Below, piece after piece: positions 44,088-56,100 of a stretch of DNA of 64,000 bases (position 1 is its first letter; each line of letters opens with the position of its first letter). A program made the translations under genes and the position numbers. Where the stretch lies: positions 867,702-931,701 of the forward strand of contig CAVZTK010000006.1 in the NCBI GenBank assembly GCA_963778155.1, written 5' to 3'. The notes beneath the pieces are model-generated. The model worked only from the letters and a program-made list of their open reading frames with translations. It was not told the origin of the DNA and ran no database searches. Source of the stretch: an uncultured Chloroflexia bacterium. Lineage in GTDB: Bacteria; Chloroflexota; Limnocylindria; Limnocylindrales; CSP1-4.

Positions 44088-44269
44088 GAAGAGAAGACTC
44101 CTGACGAGGCCCTCCCGCTCAGTGGCGGGGCCCGGTCAGGGCGTAGGTGTGGATCGGGGTCGAAACGGTATTGGACCGGGGCGCTGACCGGAGCGCCCAT
44201 CGAGCACGAAGGCCCGCAGCATAGCCTAGTTCGACGAAGAAGGCTCCGAACCCGGCCGACGCCTCGCGA

Positions 44270-44659
44270 TCAGGCCTTGCGCTCGAGGATCGGGCGCGCC
44301 ACGTCCGGCTTGTCGACCACGAACGCGAAGGTCGCCCGGTCGCCCCATCGGCCCAGGAACAGGTGGCCGTAGATGTTGACGCCGGCATCTGCCAGCTCGC
44401 GCGCCAGCCGGGCCATCCCGCCGGGCCGGTCGTCGACCTCGGCCAGGATCGACTCGCCCTCGATGTACGTGTAGCCGCGCTCGTCGAGGACGGCCTTCGC
44501 GGTCTCGTCGTCGGCGGTCGTCATGATCACGTGCCCGCTGTCGCCCATGCTCCCGCCACCGATCGCCCGCAGGTCCACGCCGCGCGCGGCGAGCGACTCG
44601 GCGAGGGTCGCCATCGCGCCCGGTTCGTTCTTCAGCTGGACGACGAACTGTCTGGCCAT
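44270..44659 (-). CDS. ACT-domain protein (two ACT-like repeats)
   Basis: SD GGAGG before ATG 44659. MARQFVVQLKNEPGAMATLAESLAARGVDLRAI... and ILAEVDDRPGGMARLARELADAGVNIYG.... Confidence 0.65.
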   Translation of the reverse strand: MARQFVVQLKNEPGAMATLAESLAARGVDLRAIGGGSMGDSGHVIMTTADDETAKAVLDERGYTYIEGESILAEVDDRPGGMARLARELADAGVNIYGHLFLGRWGDRATFAFVVDKPDVARPILERKA

Positions 44660-44749
44660 GCGTGCCTCCGCGGGGAGCCTGTCCACTGCATCCTAGCGGG
44701 CGCCGCCGGCCGCGTGCGTCCTCGACGACCGTCGCGATCGTGCGCACCC

Positions 44750-45956
44750 TCAGCCAGCGGTCACAGCGGTCGCGGCGGCCGGCTCGTCCGCTGGGTCGGG
44801 AGCCGGCTCGCCGCTTCGCTCCCCCGGCGGGAGCCCAGAGGCACGCCCGAAGAAGTACCTCGTCAGGCGCACCGCGGTCGCGGTGACCGGGACCGACAGG
44901 ATGATCCCGAGGATGCCGAAGATCGCGCCGCCGACCACCAGCACGAACAGGATCACGGCCGGGTGCAGGTCGTTCGCCTGCCCCTGGATCCGCGGGATGA
45001 TGACGGCGTTCTCGAGCTGCTGTGCGACGAAGAAGCCGACGCTCACCGCCACGATCCCGATCGGGCCGACCAGCAGCCCGACGAACAGCTGCGGGATGAA
45101 TGCGATCGTCGGGCCGATGTTCGGGATGAACTCGAAGATGAATGAGATCGTCGCGAGCAGGAGCGCGAAGTCGCGGAAGATCGGATCGACGACGACGCCG
45201 AGGATCTGGAACTCGATGAAGGCGAAGATCCCGGCGACGATGCTCGCCTTCAACTGAGCCTGCAGCCAGCGAGCGAACGACGTCCCGACGATCGACATGG
45301 CCGCCCGCAGGTCGGGCCGCCATTCCGGCGGGACGCGCTGGTCGAGGCTGCCCCACACCTCCGGCCAGCTGTTCATGACGTAGAACGCCCAGAACGGGAT
45401 GATCAGGAATGAGAGCGCCGCACCGACCAGGCTGAACCCGGTCGCGATCAGGCCGCCGGTGAGCCCAAGGACGATCGACTCGACGGCCTCGACGATCTTG
45501 GTCAGCAGCGAGTGGAGGGAATCCTGCGCATCAGCCGGCAGCCCGACGCCGACCGCGTTGAGGAGATCGCGCAGCCAACCCACACCCTTGATCAGCAGAT
45601 CCGGCAACGCCGCGACGAATGCCGCCAGCTGGCCGATCAGTGGCCCGGCGATGAACCCGACGAAGAGCACGATGAGCAGGATCGTGAGCGCGTACACGAG
45701 CAGGATCGCCACCGCACGGTTGATCCCGCGATGCGCCAGGCTCTGGACCGCCGGATAGACGGCGACCATGTAGAGCGTCCCGACCATGAACGTCCAGAGC
45801 TCGGGCGCGGCGATGATCAGCAGCAGCAGGGCGATGCGCGGCAGGGATCAGGAGGACCAGCGCCCGGGCGGTCAGGACCGGCGGGCGCGGGTAGGCGCGC
45901 CGCGTCTGCGCGCTGGTCCGCTCCGGGCCGTTCTCGATGTCGTCCATGCCCTCCAC
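44750..45956 (-). pseudogene. AI-2E family transporter (PerM/UPF0118); frame break ~45845 near the N-terminus
   Basis: Eight helices with typical C-terminal motifs (FIFEFIPNIGPTIAFIP, VAQQLENAVIIPRIQGQANDLHPAVILFVLVVGGAIFGILGIILSVP). The N-terminal ~35 codons (MDDIENGPERTSAQ...) are in another frame. Confidence 0.8.
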
Positions 45957-46006
45957 CCGATCGCGAGGTTAGCGCGCGCGAGGCCCCAGAACCACCCCGG
46001 TAGCGC

Positions 46007-47504
46007 CTATCGACGGCGGCGGATCCCGACCGCGCGCTTGTACGCCTCGACGTAGCGCGGCGCGGACCCGGTCACCCAGTCGAAGTCCACGGCCATCCCG
46101 CGGTCCAGCAGCGCCTCCCAGCGCGGTCCTCCGGCGGCGCGAAGCTTCATCGCCGCGTCGCATGCGCCGAGCAGCCCGACCACGGTCGCGCCCTCGAACG
46201 CGAAGCCGGTCCCGGCACCCGGATGGGTCGTCTCGTCCACGACGGTGTCGGCCAGCCCGCCGGTCCGGTTGACGATCGGTGGCGTCCCGTAGCGCAGCGC
46301 GATCATCTGGCCCTGGCCGCACGGCTCGAAGCGCGACGGCATCGCGAAGAAGTCGGCGCCGGCGTAGATGCGGCGTGCCATCACCCGGTCGAAGCGCTCG
46401 ATGAGCGCGACCTGGCGGGGATGCTCGATGGCGATCGCGCGGAACGGATCTGCGAGGCTCGGGTGGCCGCTGCCCTGCACGACCAGGCGCGCACCGCGCG
46501 CGAGCAGGGTGGGCGCGGCGTCGGCGAGCAGGTCGAACCCCTTCTGCGGGTCGAGCCGGCCGATCATCCCGATGCACCGCGCCAGGGTCGGCCGCGTCGA
46601 ACCCGAGCCGGGCCAGACAGGTCCGCGCGACAGACCGCCTTGCCGGTCCGATCCTCGCGCGAATAGGCGGCCGCGAGGTCGGCGTCGGTGGCCGGGTCCC
46701 AGACCGTCGTGTCGAGCCCGTTCAGGATCCCGATGAACCGGTCGCCCTTGGCGCGCAACGTGCCGTCGAGCCCCATCCCGAACGCGGGAGTCAGGGCCTC
46801 GGCGGCGAACCCGGGCGACACCGTGTTGGACAGCTCGGCCCGCTCGATGCCCTCGAGCAGGAGGTCGATCCCGTCGGCGTCGGCGGGGACCACGCCGTCG
46901 CCCGGCGCGAGCCCGAGCTGCCCGAGCGCCGAACGCGGCGTCCAGCCGTGGTAGGCGAGGTTGTGCAGCGTGATCAGGATCGCGGCATCGCCGATGACCG
47001 GTTCATCCGCGTAGCGGACGTCGCGGAAGATGGCCGCCGGCCCCGTGTGCCAGTCGTGCAGATGCAGCACGTCGACCGGCTGCCCGTCCGCGATCAACGC
47101 CTCGAGGGCCGCCCGGCAGAAGAGCCCGAACCGCCAGGCGTTGTCCGGGTAGTCGCCGTCTGCGTCGCCGTAGAAGCCTTCGCGGTCGAAGGCCGCCGGG
47201 TGGTCGACCAGCCGTAGCCGGTAGCCGTCGGCCGGGACGTCGAGGACGGTCACCGCGCTGCGTGCCCGACGGCGATCGAGGGTCGGGTACCCGGACCTCG
47301 ATCGTCCGCTCGACCGTGGCCGGCTCGGGGACGCCCCGATAGCGCGGCAGGAACACGTCGATCGGGGTCGTCGACCTCGCCGCCGACCATCTGGCCGAGG
47401 GCGCGAGCGAGGGCGTCGACCACGTCGGCCAGGCCGCCCGTCTTGGCCCACGGCTCGCATTCGGACGCCAGCATGCACGACGCGCAATCGCCATGCGTCA
47501 GCAT
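46007..47504 (-). pseudogene. glgA: glycogen (starch) synthase GlgA, GT5; ~4 frame breaks (~47365, ~47265, ~46618, ~46575)
   Basis: ASECEPWAKTGGLADVV (KTGGL motif), IDVFLPRY, DVLHLHDWHTGPA, LITLHNLAYHG, IGMIGRLDPQKGFDLL, FAMPSRFEPCGQGQMIALRYGTPPIVNRTGGLADTV, spread over four frames. Confidence 0.88.
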
Positions 47505-47602
47505 CGTACGCGGCGGCGTGGCGCCGGACGGCGCCGGCGCCGTCCGCGTCGCCGACGCTAAACCGGTTCAGCCCAACTGGCGACCGGGTATGATGCCGCC
47601 TC

Positions 47603-49782
47603 ATGGACCCCGTCCGCGTGCCGTCGATCGCGGCTGCCAGCTTCCCGCTCCCCCCACGACTCGAAGGCCTCCGGCGGCTCGCCTACAACCTCCACTGGAC
47701 CTGGCACCCGCGCACGCGCGGCCTGTTCAACCTGATCGACCGGACGGCCTGGACCCGCTACCGCAACCCGATCCCGGTCATCAGCGGCCCGACCGAGTGG
47801 TCGCGCCTGCTCGACGACGCCGAAGTTCCTGGCCGAGTACCACGACGTGCTGGCCGAGTTCGATGCGTACATGGCCAACGGCTCGGGCCACTGGTTCCAG
47901 CGCCGGTACGCCGACCAGCTGACCGGCCCGATCGCCTACTTCTGCGCCGAGTACGGCTTCCACGAATCGCTCGGGATCTACTCGGGCGGCCTGGGCGTGC
48001 TTGCCGGCGACCACATGAAGACGGCCAGCGACATGGCGCTCCCGGCCATCGGCGTCGGGCTGCTGTACCGCAAGGGCTACTTCCGCCAGACGATCGACGC
48101 CGACGGCCACCAGGAGCACGACTATCCCGACTACGACCTGACCCGCCTGCCGCTCGGGCGGGTGCAGGACGCGTCGGGGCTCCCGCTGACCGTCACCGTC
48201 GAGCTGCCCGGTCGCGACCTCGCCGTCGCGGTCTGGCTGGCACAGGTCGGACGGGTCCCGGTCCTGCTGCTCGACACGGACCTGCCCGAGAACGACGACG
48301 CGGACCGGCCGATCACCAACATCCTGTACGTCCGCGGCCGCGAGATGCGCCTGCACCAGGAGCTCGTGCTGGGCATCGGCGGCGTCCGGGCGATCCGGGC
48401 GCTCGGGCTCGCGCCGGCGGTCTGGCACCTCAACGAGGGCCATTCCGCGTTCCTCCTCGCCGAGCGGGCCCGCGAGTATGTCGCGGCCGGGACGCCGCTC
48501 GACGACGCGTTCGCGGCCGTCAAGCGCGACAGCGTGTTCACCATCCACACGCCGGTCTCGGCGGGCAACGAGCGGTTCGAGGCCGATCTCGTCCGGCGCG
48601 TCGCCGGGCCGCTGCTCGATGAGGGCGGCGTTCCCGTCGAGCGCGTGCTCGATCTCGGCCTCGGCGTCGACGGCGATCGCGCCGAGTTCGACATGACCGC
48701 GTTCTCGCTGCGGCTGACGAACGGCGCGAACGCGGTCAGCCATCTCCACGCCGAGACGGCCAACGCGACCTGGCAGGGCGTCCCCGACAGCCCGATCCTC
48801 GGCATCACCAACGGCATCCACGGCCCGACCTGGATCGGGCAGCCGATCGCCGAGCTGCTCGAGGACCTCGGCGCGGACCTCGACGACCTCGACGAGAGCA
48901 CCAAGGGCGGCCGGTTCTGGGAGCGGCTCGAGCGCATCCCGGGCCGCGAGCTGTGGGACGCGCACCTGCGCCAGAAGCGCGAGCTCGCGCACTTCGCCCG
49001 CGGCCGGCTGCGCAGCCAGTTCGCCCGTCACGGCGAATCGCCGGCGGTCCTCGCCGAGCTCGAGAGCGCCCTCGACCCGGACGTCCTGACCGATCGGCTT
49101 CGCCCGGCGGTTCGCGACGTACAAGCGCGCCGGCCTGCTGTTCAGCGACATCGACCGACTGGCGCGGATGCTGTTCGACGAGGAACGGCCGATCCAGATC
49201 GTGTTCGCCGGCAAGGCCCACCCGGCCGACCGGCCGGGCCAGCGGGTCATCCAGGAGATCTTCCAGCGGTCGCGCTCGCCGCAGCTCCGCGGACGGGTCT
49301 ACATCCTCGAGAACTACGACATGCGCGTGGCCCGCTTCCTCGTCCAGGGCGTGGACGTCTGGCTCAACAACCCGCGCCGGCCGCTCGAGGCGTCCGGCAC
49401 GTCGGGGATGAAGGCGGCCCAGAACGGGGTCGCCGAACATGAGCGTCCTCGACGGCTGGTGGGACGAGGGGTACGAGGGCGACAACGGCTGGGCCATCGG
49501 CGACCGCGAGACCGATCCCGACGAGGCTGCGCAGGACTGGCGCGATTCGCAGGACCTCTACCGGTTGCTCGAGGAGCAGATCGTGCCGGCCTACTACGAC
49601 CGCGACGCGACGGGACTGCCGACGCGCTGGCTGACCGTCACCGCCGGTCGATGGCGACCGCGCTCTGGCGCTTCTCGACGACGCGGATGCTCCACGAGTA
49701 CACCGAACACCTCTACCTGCCGGCTGCGGGCGTCCCGGTCGGCGAGCCTGCGACACGGCCGGCCATGACCGAGGCCGGCTGA
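47603..49782 (+). pseudogene. glgP: alpha-glucan phosphorylase (GT35, GlgP/maltodextrin phosphorylase family, short bacterial/archaeal type); ~4 frame breaks (~47825, ~49088, ~49430, ~49640)
   Basis: LAYNLHWTWHP, IAYFCAEYGFHESLGIYSGGLGVLAGDHMKTASD, WHLNEGHSAF, NGANAVSHLH, TNGIH, IGFARRFATYKR, FAGKAHPAD, RPLEASGTSGMKAA (PLP-Lys motif), SVLDGWW. Confidence 0.88.
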
Positions 49783-49795
49783 ACCGGTCGGCGAC

Positions 49796-51969
49796 ATGCC
49801 CCCACGGATCGCGCTCGCGCTCGCCATCCACAACCACCAGCCGGTCGGCAACTTCGGCTGGGTCTTCGCCGAGGTCTTCGAGCAGGCATACGAGCCGATG
49901 GTCGCGGCCCTCGAGCGCCACCCGCGCGTCCGCCTGTCGCTCCACTACTCCGGGCCGCTGCTCGACTGGCTGCGCGCCGAGCGCCCGGAGTTCATCGACC
50001 GGCTCGCGTGGTCTCATCGCGCGCGACCAGGTCGAGATCCTCGGCGGCGGCTACTACGAGCCGGTCCTCGCCTCACTCCCCGAGCGTGACCGGATCGGCC
50101 AGGCGTCGACGGATGGCCGACGAGGTCGAGAGGACCTTCGGGCGCCGACCGGCCGGGGCGTGGCTGGCCGAGCGCGTCTGGGAGCCGGACGCTCCCGACC
50201 TCACTGGTCGCCGCCGGCTACGACTGGACGATCCTCGACGACGCGCACTTCCGCGCCGCCGCCATCGCCGAGGACGACCTGTGGGGCGCCTACACCACCG
50301 ACGACCAGGGCCAGCGCATCACGGATCTTCGGCACCGAGCAGGGACTCCGCTACCGCATCCCGTTCCGCGAGGTGGACGAGGTCATCGGCTACCTGCGCG
50401 AGCACGCCACGCGAGGACGGCGAGCGGATCGGGACGATGGGCGACGACGGCGAGAAGTTCGGGGCGTGGCCCACGACCTGGGACCACTGCTGGGGCACGC
50501 GCCGCTGGGTCGACCGGTTCTTCGAGGCGCTCGAGGAGAACGCCGACTGGCTGACGACCATCACGCCGAGCGACTGGCTGGCCGCGCACCCGCCGATCGG
50601 GCGCGTCTACGTGCCCGACCGGCTCGTACGCCGAGATGGGCGAGTGGGCGCTGCCGCCCGACGAGAGCCGGGCCTTCGCCGCAGCCCTCCATCACGCGCA
50701 GGTCGAGGGGCGACCCGGAGGCGCGCTGGCTGCGCGGCGCCTCGTGGCGCAACTTCCAGGTCCGCTACCGCGAGATCAACGACCTGCACAAGCAGATGCT
50801 GCGGACGTCCGACAAGGTGGACGCGCATGCCGACCGGGCCGGAGCGCGAGCGCGCGCGACCGACCACCTCTACCAGGGCCAGTCGAACGACTGCTACTGG
50901 CACGGCCTGTTCGGCGGCATCTACATCTCGCACATGCGCCTGGCGACGCTCGCCCACCTGATCGCCGCCGAGGACCTCGCCGACGCCGCGGCTGGCGACC
51001 TCCACACCGCGGGGCGGCTCGACCTCGACCTCGACGGGCACGAGGACGTCCGGCTCGCGACCGCCGGGCAGGTCGTCTCGGTCGATCTGGCGGAGGGTGC
51101 CGGCATCGGCGGCTGGGACATCCGTGCCCGTTCGGCACGCCCTGTGTGCGGTCATGCGGCGACGACCGGAGGCGTACCACGGGACGCTGCGCGACGAGGA
51201 GGCGGCGACGATCGAGGCGGCGACCGGCTCGCGCGGCCAGCCCGCCTCCATCCACGAACGCCTGGCGATGAAGGAAGCCGGGCTCGCGGCCCGATTGCAC
51301 TACGACGCGTACGAGCGCCGGTCCGGTCTGGTCCGCTTCCTCGCCCCGGCCAGCGATGCCGACGGCTGGGCGACCGCCGAGGCGATCGAGCTCGGCGACG
51401 CCGTCGATGGTGCGTTCGAGATCGCTGAGCTCGGGCTCGACCGGCTCGTCGCGACCCGGACCGCGGCCGTGACGACCCCGGCCGGTCCCGTCGCCGTCGA
51501 TGTCACCAAGACGCTCGCGCTCGGCGGCGACCGGCGGGCGCCGTCGCTGACGTTGACCGTGGTCGTTCGCAACCGCTCGGCGACCTCGATCGACACGAGG
51601 ATCGGCGTGGAGTGGACGCTGATGCTGCTCGGCGGCGGTGCCAACCCGGCGGCATGGTGGGAGGTCGACGGGGTCCGTGGCCCGCACGACGCGCCGGGCG
51701 ACGCAGTCGATGTCTCGAGCCTCGCGCAGGGCAACGACCTCGTGGGAATCGCCGTGACGACGAGCGTGTCGCAGCCGGCGACCGCGTGGTGGGCGCCGGT
51801 CGAGACCGTCTCGAACAGCGAGGGCGGCTTCGAACGCGTCTACCAGGGGGCTGGACTACTCCTGTCGTGGCCCCTCGCGCTCGCCCCCGACGAAGCCTGG
51901 ACGGTCACCGTCACCCAGGCCGTCGCGACGGATCGCGACGACGCCGAGGCGGGCGAGTCGATCAGCTGA
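49796..51969 (+). pseudogene. GH57-family alpha-glucan enzyme (4-alpha-glucanotransferase/amylase-like with DUF1925/DUF1926-type C-terminus); 8 frame breaks
   Basis: LAIHNHQPVGNF, LHYSGPLLDWL, VEILGGGYYEPVLASLPERDRIGQ, AWLAERVWEPD, AAGYDWTILDDAHF, IFGTEQGLRYRIPF, GDDGEKFGAWP, YAEMGEWALPPDE, WRNFQVRYREINDLHKQM, YQGQSNDCYWHGLFGGIYISHMR. Extra bases sit at about 50009, 50103, 50191, 50323, 50412, 50617, 50711 and 51129, and each moves the frame by +1. Confidence 0.85.
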
Positions 51970-52090
51970 TGCCGACCGGCTGGGCGGGGCTGCGCGGGTC
52001 GGTCGACCCGGGCCGGCTGTCGACGCCGTACCGGTCGGACAGGATCGCGAAGATCGCGAGTGCGACGATGAAGAACGACAACCCGAGCAT
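51962..52090 (-). CDS. small membrane protein (42 aa) with RYGVDSR motif
   Basis: MLGLSFFIVALAIFAILSDRYGVDSRPGSTDPRSPAQPVGIS*: one TM helix followed by (R/K)(Y/F)G(V/A)DSR. From memory, this motif recurs in tiny actinobacterial membrane peptides. The gene's 3' end overlaps the GH57 3' end by 8 nt. Confidence 0.5.
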   Translation of the reverse strand: MLGLSFFIVALAIFAILSDRYGVDSRPGSTDPRSPAQPVGIS

Positions 52091-52112
52091 CGGGTACCTA
52101 CCTTGCTTGCTA

Positions 52113-52143
52113 TAGTTGACTAGGCCAAGGCCCACAGTACGTT
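52113..52143 (+). promoter_or_regulatory. candidate promoter/operator of the GntR gene: palindrome TAGTTGACTA containing TTGACT (-35), 16-bp spacer, TACGTT (-10); probably a leaderless or very short-leader mRNA
   Basis: This is the lowest-GC segment of the window. The half-site is repeated as TTGGACTAG at 52142-52150. There is no SD in the 7-13 nt before ATG 52157. Confidence 0.35.
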
Positions 52144-52156
52144 GGACTAGCACACT

Positions 52157-53179
52157 ATGTCAATGAACGAACGTCGGACCGGGGCCTCCAGTGGTACCAG
52201 CGGCGGCGCGCTCGATGTCGAACGCGACTCCGATGTCCCGATCTCGACCCAGATCTATTGGCAGCTTGCCTACCAGATCGACTCCGGCCGGTTGCTGCCC
52301 GGTGCTCGCCTGCCGCCCGTCCGTGAGCTCGGTGCGGCCCTGCGAGTGAACCCCAACACGATCCGTGCGGTCTATCGTCGTTTGTCCGATGCCGGTTACG
52401 TCACGAGTCGCCACGGTGCCGGCACCCACGTCTCCGACCGGCCACCCCAGAAGCGTGGGACGGAGGCGCTGGCCGGGATCGTGTCCGAGATGCTGCGTCG
52501 CGCTGCCCACGCGGGGTTCACCGCCGACGAGCTGGCCGCGGCGACCTTTGCCGCGGCGACCGAGCGCAAACGACCCGGCCCGCTCGTCCGCGTGCTCTAC
52601 GCCGAATGCACCAACGCCGATGCCGGCTTCGATGCCGAGCGCCTGGTCGATGAGTTCCCCGGCCTGATCGAAGCCGAGGGCGCGCTGCTCGACGACCTGC
52701 CCGAGCGGCTCGAGCGTTTCCACTACGACCTGGTCGCGACGACGACGTTCCACGCCGACGAGGCCCAGGTCCTCGTCGCCGGCCGCGTCCCGGTGGTGGC
52801 GATGCTGGTCGGCCCCGGCTATGTCGAGCTCGTCCACGAGATCGCCGGCCTGCCGACCGGATCGAAGGTCGGGCTGGTCTGCGCATCGGATCGCGGCGCC
52901 GAGAACATCCGCGAGACGCTCGCCCTGTCGGGGACGAGCGGCGTCGAGATCGTTCCCGCGCTGATCGACGCCTCGGAGGACCTCGGGCTGGTCGAACGGA
53001 CCGCGGACGTGATCCTGATGTCGCGCGAGGCGCTGGCGGCCGGGCTCGACCAGACCTTCTCCCGACCCGAGCGCATCCGGCCGTGGACGTACGACTTCGA
53101 CCCATCCGGGCTCGAGCTGCTGCGGCGCGCGATCGACCACGTGGCTTCCACGCGACCAGCCGAGGCCGCCGGCGCCTGA
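52157..53179 (+). CDS. GntR-family transcriptional regulator with a large C-terminal effector domain
   Basis: wHTH IYWQLAYQIDSGRLLPGARLPPVRELGAALRVNPNTIRAVYRRLSDAGYVTSRHGAGTHV, plus a ~240-aa C-terminal domain. It lies within the alpha-glucan cluster. Confidence 0.88.
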   Translation: MSMNERRTGASSGTSGGALDVERDSDVPISTQIYWQLAYQIDSGRLLPGARLPPVRELGAALRVNPNTIRAVYRRLSDAGYVTSRHGAGTHVSDRPPQKRGTEALAGIVSEMLRRAAHAGFTADELAAATFAAATERKRPGPLVRVLYAECTNADAGFDAERLVDEFPGLIEAEGALLDDLPERLERFHYDLVATTTFHADEAQVLVAGRVPVVAMLVGPGYVELVHEIAGLPTGSKVGLVCASDRGAENIRETLALSGTSGVEIVPALIDASEDLGLVERTADVILMSREALAAGLDQTFSRPERIRPWTYDFDPSGLELLRRAIDHVASTRPAEAAGA

Positions 53180-53195
53180 CCCGCCCGGTCGCCCG

Positions 53196-56100
53196 GTGAC
53201 CCTCCGGCGGCCATGCCATGCTTTCTCGATGCGCGATGTCCGCTGGTTCCATGTGCGGCGCGAGGCCCGCGAGGCCTACGCGATCGATGAGCCGCTGATC
53301 GGGGCCGACGGCGACCTCGTCGTGACCGACCGGGCCGCCATCCGCGGCCTCGCGAGCAGGATGAACCAGGCGCGCGCCGTCGGGTCGCCGTCGGTCCAGG
53401 CGGGCGACATCGGGGCGCTCGGGTTGCTCCACGAGATCGGCCACCTGCTCATCGCCCGCTACGAGGCGGATCGACGCCCGGGCGCGATGAAGGCCGCGAT
53501 GGCGGATCTCGACGACCGGCTGGGTCCGGACGCCGGGCGCCTGCTCGACCGTTTCGGGGAGGAGTTCCCAGGACGGGAGCCCGTGCCCGAGCCGCCGCTG
53601 CATCGTCTCGAGGAGATGCTGCTGACCCGCATCTCGAACGAGAACCCGGCCGTCGGGCCGCTGCTCGGGGAGCTGATCGACGACGCGAACCTGGTCGAGA
53701 CCACCCGCTACCGCGATGCCATCGAGCGACTCGAGCTGACGTTCGCCGACGGGCCGCCGATGGAGGACGGCGGCGTGTCGCTCATCGAGCTGATGCGCAC
53801 GCCGGCCCGGCATTCACCCAACTCGCTGGCAGGCCAGCTGCGCTACATCCGGGCGAACTGGCGCGGCATCCTCGGGGCCGACCTCGACGCGCTCATCCGA
53901 CGGCTCGACCTGACGATCGGGATCCTGGCGGAGGAGGAACGGGCGCTCCATCTTCGTTTCGGCGGCCCAGGCGGCGGCCCGACGGAGACGCCGTGGTTCG
54001 GCGGCGCCGCCGAGGAAGCCGAAGCGTTCTCGTCCGACTCAGCCTGGATGCCGCGGGTCGTCCTGATGGCAAAGAGCACGTACGTCTGGCTCGACCAGCT
54101 GTCGCGAGCGTACGAGCGGGACATCCGCACGCTCGACGCCATCCCCGACGAGGAGCTCGAGACGCTCGCCACCTGGGGTGTCACCGGACTCTGGCTGATC
54201 GGCCTGTGGGAGCGCTCGAAGGCGTCCGAGCGGATCAAGCGGATGCGCGGCAACAGCGACGCGGTCGCCTCGGCCTACTCGCTCGACGACTACGCCATCG
54301 CCGCCGATCTCGGCGGAGAGGTGGCCTACGCGGTTCTGCGCGACCGTGCCTGGGCTCACGGGATCCGGCTCGCGAGCGACATGGTCCCCAACCACATGGG
54401 CATCGACTCGCGCTGGGTCCTCGAGCACCCGGAGTGGTTCCTGTCTCTGCCAGAGCCTCCGTTCCCGGCCTACAGCTACACCGGCGCCGACCTGTCGTCG
54501 GATCCCCGGGTCGGGATCGTCCTCGAGGACCACTACTGGGACGACAGCGACGCCGCCGTCGTGTTCAAGCGGTTCGACCGCGAGACGGGCGACGAGCGCT
54601 ACGTCTACCACGGCAACGACGGCACCAGCTTCCCCTGGAACGACACCGCCCAGCTCGACTTCCTGGACCCTGGCGTCCGCGAACAGGTCATCCGGGTCAT
54701 CGTCGACGTCGCCCGGCGCTTCCCGATCATCCGCTTCGATGCGGCCATGGTCCTCGCCAAGAAGCACATCGAGCGGCTGTGGTGGCCGGAGCCCGGGTCC
54801 GCCGGCGGCATCCCGTCGCGCGCGGAGCACGCCATCCCGAAGGCCGAGTTCGACCGGCGCATGCCGTCCGAGTTCTGGCGCGAGGTCGTCGACCGGGTGG
54901 CCGTCGAGGTCCCGGACACGCTCCTGCTGGCCGAGGCGTTCTGGCTTCTCGAGGGCTACTTCGTCCGGACGCTCGGCATGCACCGGGTCTACAACAGCGC
55001 GTTCATGCACATGCTCCGGGACGAGGACGGGGCCGGCTACCGGAAGGTGATCAAGGAGACCATCGAGTTCGACCCGGAGATCCTCAAGCGCTACGTCAAC
55101 TTCATGAGCAACCCCGACGAGAAGACCGCGCTCGAGCAGTTCGGCAAGGGCGACAAGTACTTCGGGGCGGCCACCGTCCTGGCGACGCTGCCCGGGCTGC
55201 CGATGCTCGGCCACGGCCAGATCCAGGGCTTCGGCGAGAAGTACGGGATGGAGTTCCGCCGCGCGACGCTCGACGAGCGGCCGGACCCCTGGCTGATCGA
55301 GCGACACCAGCGCGAGATCTTCCCGTTGCTCCACCGGAGAGCCTGGTTCGCCGAGGCGATCGACTTCCTGCTGTACGACCTCGTGACCCCGAGCGGGAAC
55401 GTCGACGAAGCGGTGATCGCCTACTCGAACGGGACTGGTCGCGAGCGCTCGCTGGTCATCTATCACACGCGGTTCGCCTCGACCAGCGGGCGTCTCCGCG
55501 CATCAGCGAGCTACGCCGTGAAGGCGCCCGATGGCATCAAGCGCCAGGTCCGCCGCTCGCTAGCCGAGGGCCTCGGGCTCCCCCGGGACGACGGCGCGTA
55601 CGTCATCTTCCGCGAGGCACGCACCGGGCTCGAGTTCATCCGGTCGTGCCGGGTGCTGTGGGATGACGGCCTCGCCGTCACGCTCGATGCCTACGGGACC
55701 AAGGTCTTCTGGGAGTTCCGCGAGGTCACCGACGGTGTCGCCGGCCAGTGGGCGCGACTGGCGGCGCGGCTCGACGGCGCAGGCGTCCCGTCGCTCGAGG
55801 ACGCGCTGCGCGAGCTGCAGCTCGAACCGGTGCATGTGCCGTTCCGGGCGATCTTCGCCGACGGGCTGACGGTCGCGGTGATGGACGGCGTGGCGACGAC
55901 GGCGCAGCTGGGCGAGCTGGAGCGGCGATTCCTGGTGTTCCTGCGGGCCATCGCCGACGCGACCGGGGTGCACGGAGACCCGGTCCCGATCGCGTCCGAG
56001 TTCCGCGACCGTGCCGAGCGGGCGTTCGTCGGGATGGCCGTGTCGGAGGAGGACGCCGACTTCGCTGCCGTCGCCGCGGCGCTCGCGGCCGGGGTCCCGC

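Noticed and set aside
49796-51969. Idea that the extra bases sit exactly at codon boundaries, which would imply deliberate or artificial editing of the sequence
   Set aside because: Any single-base insertion can be drawn as codons + 1 nt + codons once one neighbouring residue is allowed to differ. The apparent boundary placement is therefore a by-product of how I located the shifts, not evidence.
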